A stretch of 62,907 bases of DNA, counting the filler, from Cercozoa sp. M6MM (lineage: Eukaryota > Protista > Endomyxa: Ascetosporea): NCBI GenBank assembly GCA_040357565.1. It is 14 parts of 14 records of this genome, joined end to end, with 100 filler letters (N's around TTAATTAATTAA, not from the genome) between each part and the next. Parts side by side here need not be neighbours in the genome. Positions count along the whole stretch, not along the records: positions 26,770 to 33,183 come from JBDODJ010000741.1; positions 33,284 to 36,473 come from JBDODJ010001568.1; positions 36,574 to 39,794 come from JBDODJ010001552.1; positions 39,895 to 41,170 come from JBDODJ010002079.1; positions 41,271 to 44,854 come from JBDODJ010001394.1; 9 more parts are not named here. One strand, written 5' to 3'. Shown in pieces: positions 28,152 to 43,592 of this stretch. The notes beneath the pieces are model-generated. The model was not told the origin of the DNA and did not search any database. It worked only from the letters and a program-made list of their open reading frames with translations. Position 1 is the stretch's first letter. Every line of letters starts with the position of its first letter. The translations under genes and the position numbers were made by a program.

Positions 28152-30296
28152 GTGCCTCTATCTTGCAGCCGTATGCAGCAGTTCTGTTCGCCGTACCAGG
28201 CACCCGGGCCGCCGGTCGCATTCGGTAATAACTGGACAGGGCCGTGTCATCCTCCTCCGGCGTTTCGCACGCCTCGCGGTGCACGCGATGCTCCACATGT
28301 GTTCCCGTTCGGCACGTTCGGCAACAGCAGCCCGTTTAGGCCTCAGTATCACGGTCCAGGCGACGCCGATAACAATACCAACCCGGGCCAGGCTTTCGGA
28401 CGGCACATCAGAGTCGACAACGACGTATCACCAGAGGCAGATCTGGAGGGTCATTATCACCCGCAGGAAGTCACTAGTGTCACCGTCCCTGGTACTCCTC
28501 ATCAGCACCTCCGGCGACTTGAAAAGGTCATCTCTCTAGACCTTTGATCGTACACATAATGCATCAGTAGCATGTTACTTTTATGTTGAAAGTTGCGACT
28601 GCAGCCGTGGTTCGTTCTGCTGCCGTCGTCGCCACTGATGGCGTTGTGGGAGTTGTCCAACGTACTCGTGCTGGCGTGGCTGCTGACTGCGATGCCGTAC
28701 CCCTTTTGCTTGAGTGGGTCTGCGAGTGTGCGGTATCTTTGGATTGACCTGTACTGAACTATAGGTTTACCTTTGCGTTTGTCGACACCAAGGCGGACCG
28801 GGAATACCTCGCGTTAGACATTTTTGTGGTGCATCTAGATGTCCTGTCTCGAATCCTTTTTTCATCAGGAAGATTTAGATGGCTACTGTACCCGTAGTCG
28901 ATGCACTTGATCCTGGACACGGTGTTTCGCATGTTCGTCTTTGCCTTCGGTACTTATCGATCGTATTACCTAAGTTATAAAGAGTACGAGTAAAACTGCC
29001 GTGACACTGCGCAGTGCGAGTGACAGGCGATGATAACCATCCAGAATTGCTCGGTATTTCCAAGGGCTATTTTTATTGAGATTGATTGCGCTGGAGGGTG
29101 GTTGCCAACGTGTGAGTGCAGTGGAAACGAGGCCGCTGCGGATACTGCGCGAGTATCTGCGCTCGCCATTCCTCGTCTTTTGCGACTGTACCACCTGCTG
29201 TTCCTGTTCTTCGAGTATCAAAAGTTCCAATATGATGACTTAGTCGTAAGTGCTGTACCCTGGACGTTGATGAACCCGTCGCTTCGGGTGTTCGATCTGC
29301 CCAAGACGGCCCGTCTTTTTTTGGTGCCTCTTTGATGCACGCAAATCTTGCAGTCAATGTGCTTTATTTATGTACCGTACCATCGTATACGCACAGAAGT
29401 TCATGGTGGTGGCACGTGCCTTTCGCTTCGTCGGCGGCTTGTTCTCTTTGACGCATCGGGTACAGGGGTGTGGTTTGTGTGAATCCTGTGTGAATCAGAG
29501 AGAGTAGTACATTTGTGTCCATGCTTGCAGACCAAGTCACGGTCGTGTCGACTGGCATCCGACTTTGCTTTGGTACCAGTACTACTTTAGGTACATACAG
29601 TAGACAGAGCAGTGCAAGTGCTAACTCGTCGGATGATTAGAGACACCGCATCGCAACCTCGCCAGTGGTGCGACTGATCCGCATGTCACTTTCGCTCGTC
29701 ATTCTGGTGCACGTTCTGGCCTGTTTGTGTACTCTTGCTGTAGTCCTATCTGGTAGTAGTACAGTTTGACACAGTACTTAACCTTGCTACCCCGGGTAGG
29801 GTTCTGGCTGGGGCGGCGGCATGGCAGCGTCTCCGATGCACATGGCTGGGCCTACATGCAGGGTATGTAGCCACTACTGTTCCTATTATTTTGTTACTGT
29901 AGACAGGCGCCATTGCGGAAAGCCTGGTGCAAAATGGCACCGTGTGGCAGCAGTACCTCGTGTCAGTGTACTGGGTCGTCACCACACTTACCACTGTACC
30001 CTTCGCTTCATGCTCTCTTTGATTCCCTCACACTACCAGGATTGCAGGTCGGCTACGGCGACATCACACCGAAAGGCGAGCCCGAGATCGCCTTTGCCAT
30101 CGCCGTCATGGCCATCGGAACCGTATCGTTTGCTGCACTGATCGGCACGGTTTCCGAGATCGCACAGAACCGTCGTGCGCAGCAGAAGCATGAGAAACTT
30201 CGCATCGACCGACTGATGCAGCACGTGATCACGACGGCCACCGTCAGTGGACACTCTGACGCGAGCAGTGCCACTAACCCTCGCTTTTACTACTAA
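28152..30296 (+). CDS. KCNH/HCN/CNG-like K+ channel, apparently lacking CNBD; possibly degenerate
   Basis: YWVVTTLTT-VGYGDITP..IGTVSFAALIG pore/S6; S4-like YLRSPFLVFCD/AIPRLLRLYHL region; S1 PWFVLLPSSPLMALWE. Frame problems near 29020-29060. Confidence 0.75.
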
Positions 30297-30685
30297 CGTA
30301 CTGTGACTCACAGCACGGTAGAGTCAGCACCAATATTCCGACCCTGAGGACTTGGCTACAGCTCATTGCTGTCGTGTGTTCACAGACGGCAGTTCGGCTT
30401 TAAACGAATTGTTGCGACCCAGATCTAGAAAGGTTTCTTTCGATTGAGAGTCGAGACCCGGTGGCTTCTGCAACCTCGAGACTCAGCACTAGGGGTTTTC
30501 ATCTTCAACGCAGACATAGCGTAGACTGGACTCAACTAAACTGACGGAGGACGACTCACTATCTACTACCATACTACAACTCGACTGATTGATTTTTCAG
30601 TTGCTTGGGAGTCTCTTCTTTCGTTTCCAATGAATACTGACAGGATTTCGCGTCGGCCGTTGAGCCGCAGTAACAAGTAACCGAA

Positions 30686-31809
30686 CTAATCAGCAGGCGG
30701 GGTCACAGTCACAACGAGTCGGCGCATTGGACGCAAGAAGCGTGCCTCCACCGTGGCCAGATTCCTGTTCACTGTCCTACCCAGAGACAGGATGCAGTCT
30801 TGGTAGGCAGCACAGCGGATGCGCAGTTCTGCGTCGCTAAGCTCGACTGTCGGTTGTCCTACGCACACACCATTCGTGAGATTTTACGTCAAACTCACAT
30901 AGAACTGTACCAATCTGGTCAATGTCCAATTTGGGCAGCTCAATCGTCTAAAGACATCACAAACATGTGGCACACGGGCTGGACACGTTGAAAAAGCCAC
31001 GTGATACCGCTTTCAGCGTGCCACCGGGTTGTTCAGCGATTTGTGCAAATGGCACGATCGGTTTTTCCACTTGACTGGCTTTCTCCTTTCGCGACGGCGC
31101 TATCACTTGAACCTTCTTGGAGTCAACTGCGCCTGCTTGCTTTGTAGCTGTCGTAGCTGTCGTAGCTGTCGTTGGCGCGGCAGTCTTGCTTTCGCCAGCC
31201 TCGCGGATCTGGACGTCACCAGTCTGCCGATCAGTTCGCAAGAAGAATACCAGAAAAAAAGACAACTTCCACGAGAATGACACACACCTCATGAATGGCA
31301 ATGTCGTCAGTTTTTGAGTCAAAATCGCTAATCGAGCCGAAATATTTCCGTTTGGCCAGAATCTTGTATTTGCGCGATGCTTGCACGCCTGCACGAAATC
31401 AAAGTAACACACTCGCATTGCAAGGATCGAAAGAATGTCAAAACTGAACCCCGATCACGCTCGATCTGCTGAAAGATCACCTCGATGCTGCCCAGGCACA
31501 GGCATGCCAGTACCCGTCAAACAAAAAACAGACGCTTGGGAGGCTTATTATTTCAATTTCTCGAATACCAGAAGCGGCGAAATTTGCCATCCGCGCGGAT
31601 GCGTTCGGTAGTATCAGAGCCCACGCAAACGTCAAGTCGACCGCACTGAACGCCGAAAAACAGTTACAGGCAGACCAGACAACCTCGGGGAACACTGTAC
31701 TGGTCGTTGTTTCGCATCCGTTGTGTCGACAATGCGAGAAAGCGAGATCGGAACAGCCAGGTGCCGAAACTCGGCGAAAGGTGACGTGTCTCCATCTACC
31801 ACACACACA

Positions 31810-31853
<44 letters not shown>

Positions 31854-32146
31854 CACACACACACACAAATACACACATATTCCACCACGGTACATTGTCT
31901 CAGTACCATCCACGGGGTCTTCCACTGCGACAACGCTTTCGACCTGCACTCAGACACGTGTCACACGCACTCACAAAGCTTCCGACGGCAGCAGTACCGC
32001 CTCGCTCGTCAGCACGTTGACGAAGAATTTCCGGCCGCGCGCATCCGCCGTTTTGATGCACTGAGCGATCAAAAAATGACTGCGTCCAAACCACAACAAA
32101 TCGAAACTACCAGTTCCGGCACAGGCAACGCGCCTGAAGGCGACAT
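30686..32146 (-). CDS. PIH1-domain protein (PIH1D1/kintoun family)
   Basis: PELCIKTADARGRKFFVNV, LAVPISLSRIVDTTDAK, and CS-like end ARFLRPMRRLVVTVTP*. Confidence 0.75.
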
Positions 32147-32461
32147 TTTACTGTTTAAAGTCTGTTAAAGTGGCTCCGAGATCAGGTTGGGCAGGCAATA
32201 GTGAAACCGCCGACTAAAGTATAAAAGAAAAACCGACAGATTTTGTCATAGAGCGGTGCCCCAGGTGTGTGTATCCTGCAACATAGAACTCGGCTAGTTG
32301 AAAAAGCTCCTGGTGCAACTGCACGTGTGGTGGGTTGACTCATTCATTCGACTTGACCAGAGCGTCAGCCAGAATGTGGCCGACTGGATGATGATGGCAC
32401 TCTGAGAGAAAAGAGGGTGGCTCAGACGATGCTTGTGTACCTTGCTTTAGTTTGTAGAGGC

Positions 32462-32567
32462 GCATGGCGCAGGACGCGCGGCTACTGCTGCCGGCGTCGT
32501 TTCGCGCATCGGACAGCGACGCCGCCAGGTGTGCTTGTGTGTGTGTGTGTGGTGTGTGTGTGTGTGT

Positions 32568-32616
<49 letters not shown>

Positions 32617-33115
32617 TTATATATATATATATGTGTGTGTGGGTGCAGATACGAGGAGTTGCGGCATTTGTGCGGACTCGCCAAAGGAGCGCCGCCCCTA
32701 CGGACCAAGGTAGCCGCCCGGCCCGGCGGTTTACAGCCCACTTTACCCCCCCCCCCCACTTTACCTCCCACTTTACCCCCCACTTTACCCCCTACCCAGG
32801 CGTTTGTGGAGCTGCTGCTGCGACTGCCGCGGGCGCAGCGAGTGGGTGCGCTGGAGCACCTGATTCTGCTGCCTCTGGACAGTCGCTCTCGGTAGGATAT
32901 TGGGTCCATGTGGACAGCACTAAATGTTGGGTACGAATGTACGGTACGAATGGACGGTACAGGTGGCTACTAGCGCCTCTACTGGAGGCTACAGTGTCGG
33001 GCGAGTGGCCCAGTCAGGTGGCGCGTCTGCTCGACTCGGCCGACGACGACGACGCCTTGGCGCAGCTCGTTTTGTCCGTGCTGGTCGAGCCGCTCTTCAT
33101 TCTGTGCTTCGAGTG
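32462..33115 (+). CDS. Hypothetical helical protein (partial, spliced)
   Basis: Exons bounded by GT-AG around repeat-filled introns; no family recognised. Confidence 0.45.
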
Positions 33116-33283
33116 GTACCTGCCCCCCCTGTTTACCCCCCTGTTTACCCCCCTGTTTACCCCCCTGTTTACCCCCCCCCCCTNNNNNNNNNNNNNNNNN
33201 NNNNNNNNNNNNNNNNNNNNNNNNNNNTTAATTAATTAANNNNNNNNNNNNNNNNNNNNNNNNNNNNNNNNNNNNNNNNNNNN

Positions 33284-33309
<26 letters not shown>

Positions 33310-33324
<15 letters not shown>

Positions 33325-34200
33325 CCATACCTCACCTCTGTAATGAAATGAGAAGACTTACAGCGGTATGAGTTGCGACTGCTAGAGACAGGTTCCGAGA
33401 CCTGCCGGAGCAACGACGGTGCTGGCGCAGGGTACGATCTGCGGAATCGACGTAGCGCATCCGACGCACGAGTTTTTACTCGTCGCAATTGTTGACCTGG
33501 GCCCCAAGGAAGATAACGTGTTACAGAACCGACCTGTCTGTCTGGTAATTGTGTCTGTCGAGAGTGAACTGACCAAGTGAAGTAGAACGACTGCGATATC
33601 GATGAGGCGATCCAGGCCTTGAGGCGCTGCGATTCGATGCAGTTGATACCGACGTGGCTGTTGATGGTGAAACAAGCGAATCAGCGATCGCCGATTGCGC
33701 CGGCAAGTCCCTGTCAGAGTGCTGCAAGATCGTTCTCTGCTTCCCAACATGGGCACGGCACCCAGTAGCGGCAATATTTGTGGTGTGCTTTCCACAGTAC
33801 CTGAATAGTGCGCATGTTTTCTGCGTAAACACGGCGCTTTCACATGCACCTGCAATTTTGTTCAAATCGAGCAATGTCCCGGCGCATCGGTGACTCGACC
33901 TCGAGGTCCCATCTGCACGGATACGCGTATGCACAGAAACAGTTCGTCACTTGGACTGCACTCTACCCAACTGAAAGACTGGACGGTACAATGCTGTATC
34001 TACGTACCCTGCTTTCTCCCAGAAGGCACCATGATGCCCCAGTTCGTTCTCAGTGCAGTGATCGCTCACATCGTTCGCGTCTGTACTGATGTCGTCGAAC
34101 GTAAAAATCGATGCTGTCATCGGCCCGGTGCACCACCGCACGGACACGGTCGGGTTTGGTTCAGACGAACTCCTCAGTTGCACGAAGTCAGCGTCTCAGC
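33310..34200 (-). CDS. Hypothetical Ser-rich protein (partial)
   Basis: Overlapping minus-strand ORFs joined by plausible GT-AG introns; no motif. Confidence 0.3.
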
Positions 34201-34417
34201 TTAATTCAATGACTAACGCGAGCCAAGGGAGTAGAGTAGGGCAAGACGGTTGAATTACGTCACGTTGTTCCCCTATTTTCGTATTTTCATCAACTGAAAA
34301 TCCTTAGAAACGCCAACCCAGACAGAACCGACTAAGGGCGAAACGAACCAAAACTTGCCTAGAAATCCGGCGAAAAATCGTACAAACTAAACTACATTCT
34401 CTACGCTACGTGCAGAC

Positions 34418-35388
34418 TCAAAGGGACTCAAGAAGTCGCTCTTGCTCGGCGAGTGAGTCGGCGAAGTCACGCGACTTTCGGCGGGACTTCTGCTGCCGCT
34501 TTTGCTTGCGCTGACGCAACTTGCGTCCTTGCTGTGCCTACACCCTCACAAAAACACTAACTTGACCGAATACCCAAGTGGTTAGCATAAAGCACCGCTT
34601 TAGACAGGTCTCCGTGCAGTATGTTGTCCAGTCTAGGAGCGCAGGTACTATTGTCGCACAATACGGATCTGAAGGTTCTACCTTTCAATCATCCGCTTAC
34701 GCGCAATTTCTCGATTCCGTTGGAGTGAACGTGTTTCATGGCACTTAACAGACATGCATGAAAATACATACCAGTCATATCTGCGCGAAAAGAGGTACCC
34801 GCACAATCTCTCCAGACGGAAGGTGTTGTAGAATCACGGCGTTTCTCGTTCTGTTCACCTGCACACGATTATCGTCGTGCGTGTCAAACTGCACATCGAA
34901 GCAAGAGTAGTACACACTGTCCTCCGTGGCCCCAACCTCTCGTGAACACTTCCTCCAACTGCGATTCGTCCAGTTGCCTGAAAGACACGCAAGAGTATAT
35001 CACACAACAAAAAATGGTATGCATTGTATACCATTTGGTTCGCCGGAGTTCAGCTGGGTCCAGTTCGTCTTGTTTTTTCTCTTCAGTTTCCCGGTTGACT
35101 TCGTCGATTTTATCTGCTTCAGGCTTCTGCTTCGAGGCGCGTTTCAGCATCAGCTTGGCTTCCTGCAACAACAGTGCAATTAAATCACCACGCAAACACC
35201 CCACATATCGGGAGCCTCACTTGGTACTCGCTGCGTTTGACTGCGACCTGCGCTGGCTTTTCGACAGGCAGTAGCCACACCTCTCCATTGGGTGACACTC
35301 CGGCCTTGGGACTCGGCGCTGACAGCCAGCGCGCCGAGACAACGATCGGACGCCGCGAATTGAGTCCGCGCAACGCGCACCTGTGCAT
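34418..35388 (-). CDS. Mitochondrial GGQ peptidyl-tRNA hydrolase / rescue factor (C12orf65/mtRF-R-like)
   Basis: [46 protein letters not shown]; basic C-tail; Arg-rich N-terminal presequence. Confidence 0.85.
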
Positions 35389-35621
35389 TTGGCTTCTTTT
35401 ACACGCCTTTAGCCAATTTCTATTAAGCCCACATGTATAGACACACCAGTGGGTCTAACTTTAGATCCAATTTTCGACATCGGTTGTTGGTTGATTATTT
35501 CGTTGGTCCATTTAGTACTAGGCGAGGAGCAAGTACAATTGAATTAATTGAAGCTGGGCGTCGGCGAAAAAGAAACTTGCGGAAACGAGCAAACTCTAGA
35601 ACTCCCGTCCGGTCGCGGCGT

Positions 35622-36390
35622 TCACTGACCCAGCGCGGCCTGTCGCTCGTCGATAAGTTCCTGGAAGTCCAGTCATCAGATCAGTGTCAATCGAATGCAA
35701 AAAATGGAGATGTACTTTAGCAGTGGCGCCGATTTTCTCCTGCGTCCAGGCATCGAGACGCAGTCCTTCCACTACATACACTCATACAAGAAGGCTATTT
35801 CGAGGAACATTCAGGCAGACAGTGTCGGTTAGTACCGAAACGCCATTGCTGGTTCTCGCACGTCACCGGGAAAGAGAATATCAGACCCTCGGGTACGCCG
35901 TACTACGACAGGGCAGCAAGGTAACATGGGCATACTGATCAGGCTTAGGTGAAGAGCAAGATGTACCGGGTTGTTGTCGCTGCAGACGGCCATGGAAACG
36001 ACGCGTCCGTTGGTGCCGCAGAGCCAGTCACGCACTGTCCATAGCCAGTCTTGTACCGTCCACCTGTACCGTCCCGCACAGCTAGAACAAGTGTACCGTG
36101 ATCCAAAACGGCGTTAGCGGCCGAGGCGGCCGACGAGGCACCGCGAGCCTTAATGATAGCTGCTCCTCGCTATCAAACACATGTTTTTGCCTTTACCCTT
36201 CACCACCTTTACCCCCCCGTGAGTGTATGTACCTGCTGCACGGTGCGCACAAAAGGACCGCGAAGCCACTCGTCGTCCTGCACGGCCGTGGCGACGGCGT
36301 GGCCCTGCACCGTGGCGTTAGACACGTCCGGCACTTGCGTGGCCGAGTGGTTGCCCCAGATCACCACCTGCTGCAGTTGCGATGGGTTGC
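35622..36390 (-). CDS. MDH1: Cytosolic-type malate dehydrogenase (3' half)
   Basis: [51 protein letters not shown]. Confidence 0.95.
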
Positions 36391-36424
36391 CTGTGACATG
36401 GGGTGGTACAAGGTGTGTGTGTGT

Positions 36425-36473
<49 letters not shown>

Positions 36474-36576
36474 NNNNNNNNNNNNNNNNNNNNNNNNNNN
36501 NNNNNNNNNNNNNNNNNTTAATTAATTAANNNNNNNNNNNNNNNNNNNNNNNNNNNNNNNNNNNNNNNNNNNNCGG

Positions 36577-38890
<2,314 letters not shown>

Positions 38891-39541
38891 TCAGTTAGTT
38901 CAGTCTACTAAGAAACCAGCTATGTCCCCTGTCCTCGAAAACTGGTTGTGAGTATTCTGAGTAACGTAAATTGCCCTCAGCGACACGCGTACGAATTACT
39001 CGAATTACTGGCTCTAAGCGACATGCGCACAACGAAAAAATACTGGCCAACCTTGAGACTTTTGCGCCTACTGTCTTCCGCTTGATACAGGATACCCAGG
39101 ACTTGGCACTTTTTAAACGTTTCATTCGGTACAGTAGTTTCGAGAGCCCTCCGGTTCCTACTGTAGTGCCTGACCATTAATCATCATGCACGTGATGCGC
39201 CTGTTGCTTCTCGCCGTGATTGGCCTTATCGCGGCAGCGGTGGGTTCTCCCTTGAAAAAATGTTGTTTTGTTGTTGTGATTTTGTTGTAGAGCGTGGCAA
39301 ACGCCCAGTACAACTGTTGCTGTCTCGGTGTTAAGTACCCGGGCCCTGGTTGGACGAAGCGATGCGCTTCCGGTATACGTTGCCTCTCTGTGTCTGTGTG
39401 TCTGTGCCTGTGTCTGTGTGTCTGTGCCTGTGTCTGTGTGTCTGTGCCTGTGTCTGTGTCTGTCTGTGTCCATGTGTTTTTAAGTCTGTATCTGTGTCTG
39501 TCTCTTCTGTTGTCTTTTGTGTGTCTGTGTGTGTGCCTGTA

Positions 39542-39673
<132 letters not shown>

Positions 39674-39947
39674 GTTATGTGCCTGTACCTGTCTGTGCGT
39701 GTTGTTGTGTGCCTGTACCTGTAAGTGTGTTTGCTTTGTGACAATATGGTGAATTGAGTTTTAGGTGGCCGGTGCAACGCGAAGTTGGGAGACANNNNNN
39801 NNNNNNNNNNNNNNNNNNNNNNNNNNNNNNNNNNNNNNTTAATTAATTAANNNNNNNNNNNNNNNNNNNNNNNNNNNNNNNNNNNNNNNNNNNNCGTTGT
39901 TACCCCCATCTTACCCCCCCCAGTTACCCACCTCGTTGCACTGACAG

Positions 39948-41165
39948 CAAGGACGTGCTGGGCGAGGCGTACGCGGCGGCGGCGAGTGTTCCGCGCGGAC
40001 TGACCCGCGCGGACCTGTACGCGCTGAGCAAGACGGCGCTGTCGGCGTCGGCGGCGTCGGCGGAGTGGTCGCGCTGCAGCACGGCCTCGCTGGTGCGCCG
40101 CTTCAAGGAGACCGGCTCGCGTCGCATCCGCGCGGAACTCAAGCTGCGCGTATCTTTTGCTTTTCGCAGAGCTTTTTGAGTTGAGTTGCTTTGAGTTGAG
40201 TTGAGTTGAGTTGATTTGCTTTGAGTTGAGTTGAGTTGCTTTGAGTTGAGTTGAGTTGAGTTGCTTTGAGTTGAGTTGAGTTGAGTTGCTTTGAGTTGAG
40301 TTGAGTTGCTTTGAGTTGAGTTGAGTTGCTTTGAGTTGAGTTGAGTTGCTTTGAGTTGAGTTGAGTTGCTTTGAGTTGAGTTGATTTGTTGCATGCAGGA
40401 CTTTGTGTCGCTGACCTTTGAGTCGTTCGGCGAGGCGACGTGCGGCAAGAAGAGCGTGCTCACCGAGGAGGGTCTCAGGCGCGCCATCGACTTGCTCAAG
40501 CGTACTGCTCTGGCTTTGCTTTGCTTGACTTGAGTCGAGTCGCTTTGAGTTGGGTTGCTTTGAGTTGAGTTGCTTTGAGTTGAGTTGAGTTGAGTTGAGT
40601 TGAGTTGAGTTGAGTTGCTTTGCGTTGAGTTGAGTTGCTTTGAGTTGAGTTGAGTTGGGTTGAGTTGCTTTGAGTTGAGTTGAGTTGAGTTGAGTTGAGT
40701 TGAGTTGAGTTGAGTTGAGTTGCTTTGAGTTGCAGGTGCGAATCCGCGACTGGCGCGTCAGTTCCTCGAAGGTAGCCGGGACCGCTGTGGCAGGAAACCG
40801 GAGAGAGACAGTGTCTGTGTCTGTGTGCAGGCCTGGAGGAGAACGTCTGCGTGCCACGCTGCGGCGTCACCATGCTGTACTGCTGTCCGTGTGCTCTCTC
40901 TGCTCTGGCTCGAGTTGAAAGAGCTTTGAAGTTGAAAGAGCTTTGGAGTTGAAAGAGCTTTGCTTGAACGAAAGCAAGAGCTTTGAGTTGAAAGAGCTTT
41001 GGGTTGAAAGAGCTTTGGGTTGAAAGAGCTTTGAGTTGAAAAAGCTTTGAGTTGAAAGAGCTTTGAGTTGAGTTTGTGAGTTGCTTCGTGTGCAAACTGC
41101 GCAGGTCGCGCGACGCCTCGATGGCGCTCGATTCGCTCATGCGGCGCATCTTCTCGCTGGTGCTC
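39948..41165 (+). CDS. Hypothetical protein (internal exons) with TTGAG-satellite introns
   Basis: GC-rich exons separated by GT-AG introns filled with (TTGAG)n arrays. Confidence 0.5.
40177..41075 (+). repeat. Intronic (TTGAG)n / GTTGAAAGAGCTTTGA arrays
   Basis: Three successive introns; related arrays at 50100-50280 and, reverse-complemented, 46855-46980. Confidence 0.9.
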
Positions 41166-41270
41166 TTTTTNNNNNNNNNNNNNNNNNNNNNNNNNNNNNN
41201 NNNNNNNNNNNNNNTTAATTAATTAANNNNNNNNNNNNNNNNNNNNNNNNNNNNNNNNNNNNNNNNNNNN

Positions 41271-41363
<93 letters not shown>

Positions 41364-41365
<2 letters not shown>

Positions 41366-41946
41366 CTCCTCGGGCGTAAAGTTCGTCAGCGAGATTGGCG
41401 AGATCTTCAACGGCGAACTGCGCGACGTCTCCTGTCGCTCCTCTTCCTCTTGCTACAGACATCGGTAACGACGAAATATTCCCAGACAAAAGCAAAGTGA
41501 GGTGTGCGAGCTAGCACACCTTTTCTCGCTTGCGCGCACGCAACTCTTCAATCTGTCGCTGCAGCGAGGCCACCGAGTCCTCCAACTGACACAACACACA
41601 CACACGCATGCGCGTAAACACACGCGCGCGCACGCACAGTGAGCAGGTATATTTAATGTGCGAAAATCGGGTACATCTGTGACATATCGCTTCTTCTTTT
41701 CTCGCGATTCACGCGCTTGGATGGCCTACCGAAGGATGTAGACATACATCGACATATCCAAGAGCGCAGAGTCGCTTACTTTCTTTCGTCGTTGTTCCTC
41801 ATGACGCGCCAATTCTTCCGCCGACACGACTGCAGCGTGTAGAAGCATACAGGCATTACGAGTACTTGGACAACGAAAAAATCCTGAAAACATCCAAATA
41901 TACTTGAAGGCGCTCGCCGCTTTCTGCCGCGCCCACGTGGAACCAT
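41364..41946 (-). CDS. bZIP transcription factor (3' end in gap)
   Basis: Spliced EELARHEEQRRKK-AIQARESREKKKRYVTD-LEDSVASLQRQIEELRARK: basic region plus Leu heptads. Confidence 0.75.
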
Positions 41947-42426
41947 GTTTAAAACTGCTCTCTTTCGCGCTAGTTTGCTGCCCGAAACAAGGCGGTTGAG
42001 GTCTGGACGATCAACAATCAACAATCGACAAAATAATGAAGCGCAGAGTCTGAAGCGCAGTACAATTGTTTTTCAGCTTGCCTGCTAGACCCACGCATTT
42101 TAATTGGCTGCCGGCTATTGAAGCTGAATTGACTGCCGGCTATTGAAGCTGCCAGTGTCCAGCGAAAAGTAGTTGATACCTGAGAGTTTCGTGTTTTTGT
42201 CCCACAACTCATCTAAAGCCAACTCAAACCATTTTAGGCGTTGTGCATACAGCTGGCCAACTTTTGGCAGACACATAGCCTCTAAAAACATTGCCTGAGT
42301 AGTTTTTTGGCAAAATGGTGGCGCAACGGTTTTCAGTGCGATGTCGATTTTGATGCAGCCAAGCACTGTCACGCTAAGCGAGGAATGATATGCTACCTTC
42401 TGATCGGCAAGAAATCAGGAAACCCG

Positions 42427-42434
42427 TTTCGCGC
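42427..42434 (+). promoter_or_regulatory. E2F-like site TTTCGCGC upstream of H2A
   Basis: Matches TTTSSCGC ~280 nt upstream of the H2A ATG. Confidence 0.35.
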
Positions 42435-42713
42435 CAAAATTCTGCTGAAAACGTTGCCAGAAAATAAATCCCCAATTTCTCTTTCTCCGGTGGGCTAAAC
42501 GGGAAAACAACTGCGCCAAATATGTTTAAAGTAGTATAGACAGCTATAGACAGTGTATTAGGCTCTAAAACAAAGTCTAGATAGTTTTTGGGCAAAATGG
42601 TGGCACACTCGGCAACTTTTTGCCACACAGGAGTACGCTCCGAGAGGCCGAAGAAATTATGGGCACGGACTTTCCGAGGGTTTCTACATCCGCAAAGACA
42701 AAGACAACTGACA

Positions 42714-43124
42714 ATGGCAGGCAAGGGCAAGGGCAAGAAGGCGGCGGCTCCGGCCGCGAGCGCCTCGGGCAAGATGACGCGTTCGGCGCGCGCCGGTCTC
42801 TCGTTCCCAGTGGGTCGTCTGTCGCGCTTCCTGCGCGAGGGCCGCTACGCTCCGCGCGTCGGGCAAGGTGCTCCGGTCTACGTGGCCGCCATCCTCGAGT
42901 ACCTGTGCGCTGAACTTCTGGAGCTCGCCGGCAACGCCGCTCGCGACAACAAGCGTCAGCGCATCGTGCCGCGTCACATCCAGCTCGCCGTGCGCAACGA
43001 CGAGGAGCTCAACCAGCTGCTGTCGCACGTGACGATCGCTCAAGGTGGTGTGCTGCCCAATATCCACGCTTCGCTGCTCCCCAAGGACAAGAAGTCCAAG
43101 AAGAGCAAGAAGTCGCGCAAGTAA
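42714..43124 (+). CDS. H2A: Histone H2A, intronless
   Basis: [67 protein letters not shown]. Confidence 0.98.
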   Translation: MAGKGKGKKAAAPAASASGKMTRSARAGLSFPVGRLSRFLREGRYAPRVGQGAPVYVAAILEYLCAELLELAGNAARDNKRQRIVPRHIQLAVRNDEELNQLLSHVTIAQGGVLPNIHASLLPKDKKSKKSKKSRK

Positions 43125-43261
43125 GTCAAGCTCGCGAAAATCGCAAGATCTCCCAGATCTCCCACAGTTGAGGCTTTGTGCCTCTCCTTTCCCGGTGTAT
43201 AAATTACACCACCAAAAAACTTACGTTTCCAACTACGTCTGTGTGGCTTTGGGCGCAACCC

Positions 43262-43366
43262 GTTGCATTAACTAAAGCTGGTGTCACATCATCGTCATTC
43301 ACCACCACCGCGTTTTATCAAAAGATTAATAGTTAATTTAGTTTTATCAGCTTTAGTTAATGCAAC
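43262..43366. repeat. Perfect 19-bp inverted repeat
   Basis: GTTGCATTAACTAAAGCTG (43262-43280) and CAGCTTTAGTTAATGCAAC (43348-43366). Confidence 0.9.
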
Positions 43367-43592
43367 TTGACTTGAGTTTTATCAAAAGATTAATAAATAA
43401 CGTGAGCTGGTGTCACAACCGGAATCGAATGCGATGGTCGCAGTGGTAGCGTAAAGTATAAATAAATAAATAAGTCAAAAGCACACGGCAACCGAAGAAG
43501 TATATTAATGTGCGCATGCCGGACGGGCCAAGTGGAGAGGCTCCAGGAAAGCGAACCTGACAGACAACAGTGAACAGTCTGACTGGCTTTCC

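Noticed and set aside
40177-41075. CRISPR-like array
   Set aside because: No unique spacers, no cas genes, intronic and eukaryotic.
43125-43260. Metazoan-type histone stem-loop
   Set aside because: No matching 6-bp stem/4-nt loop consensus seen.
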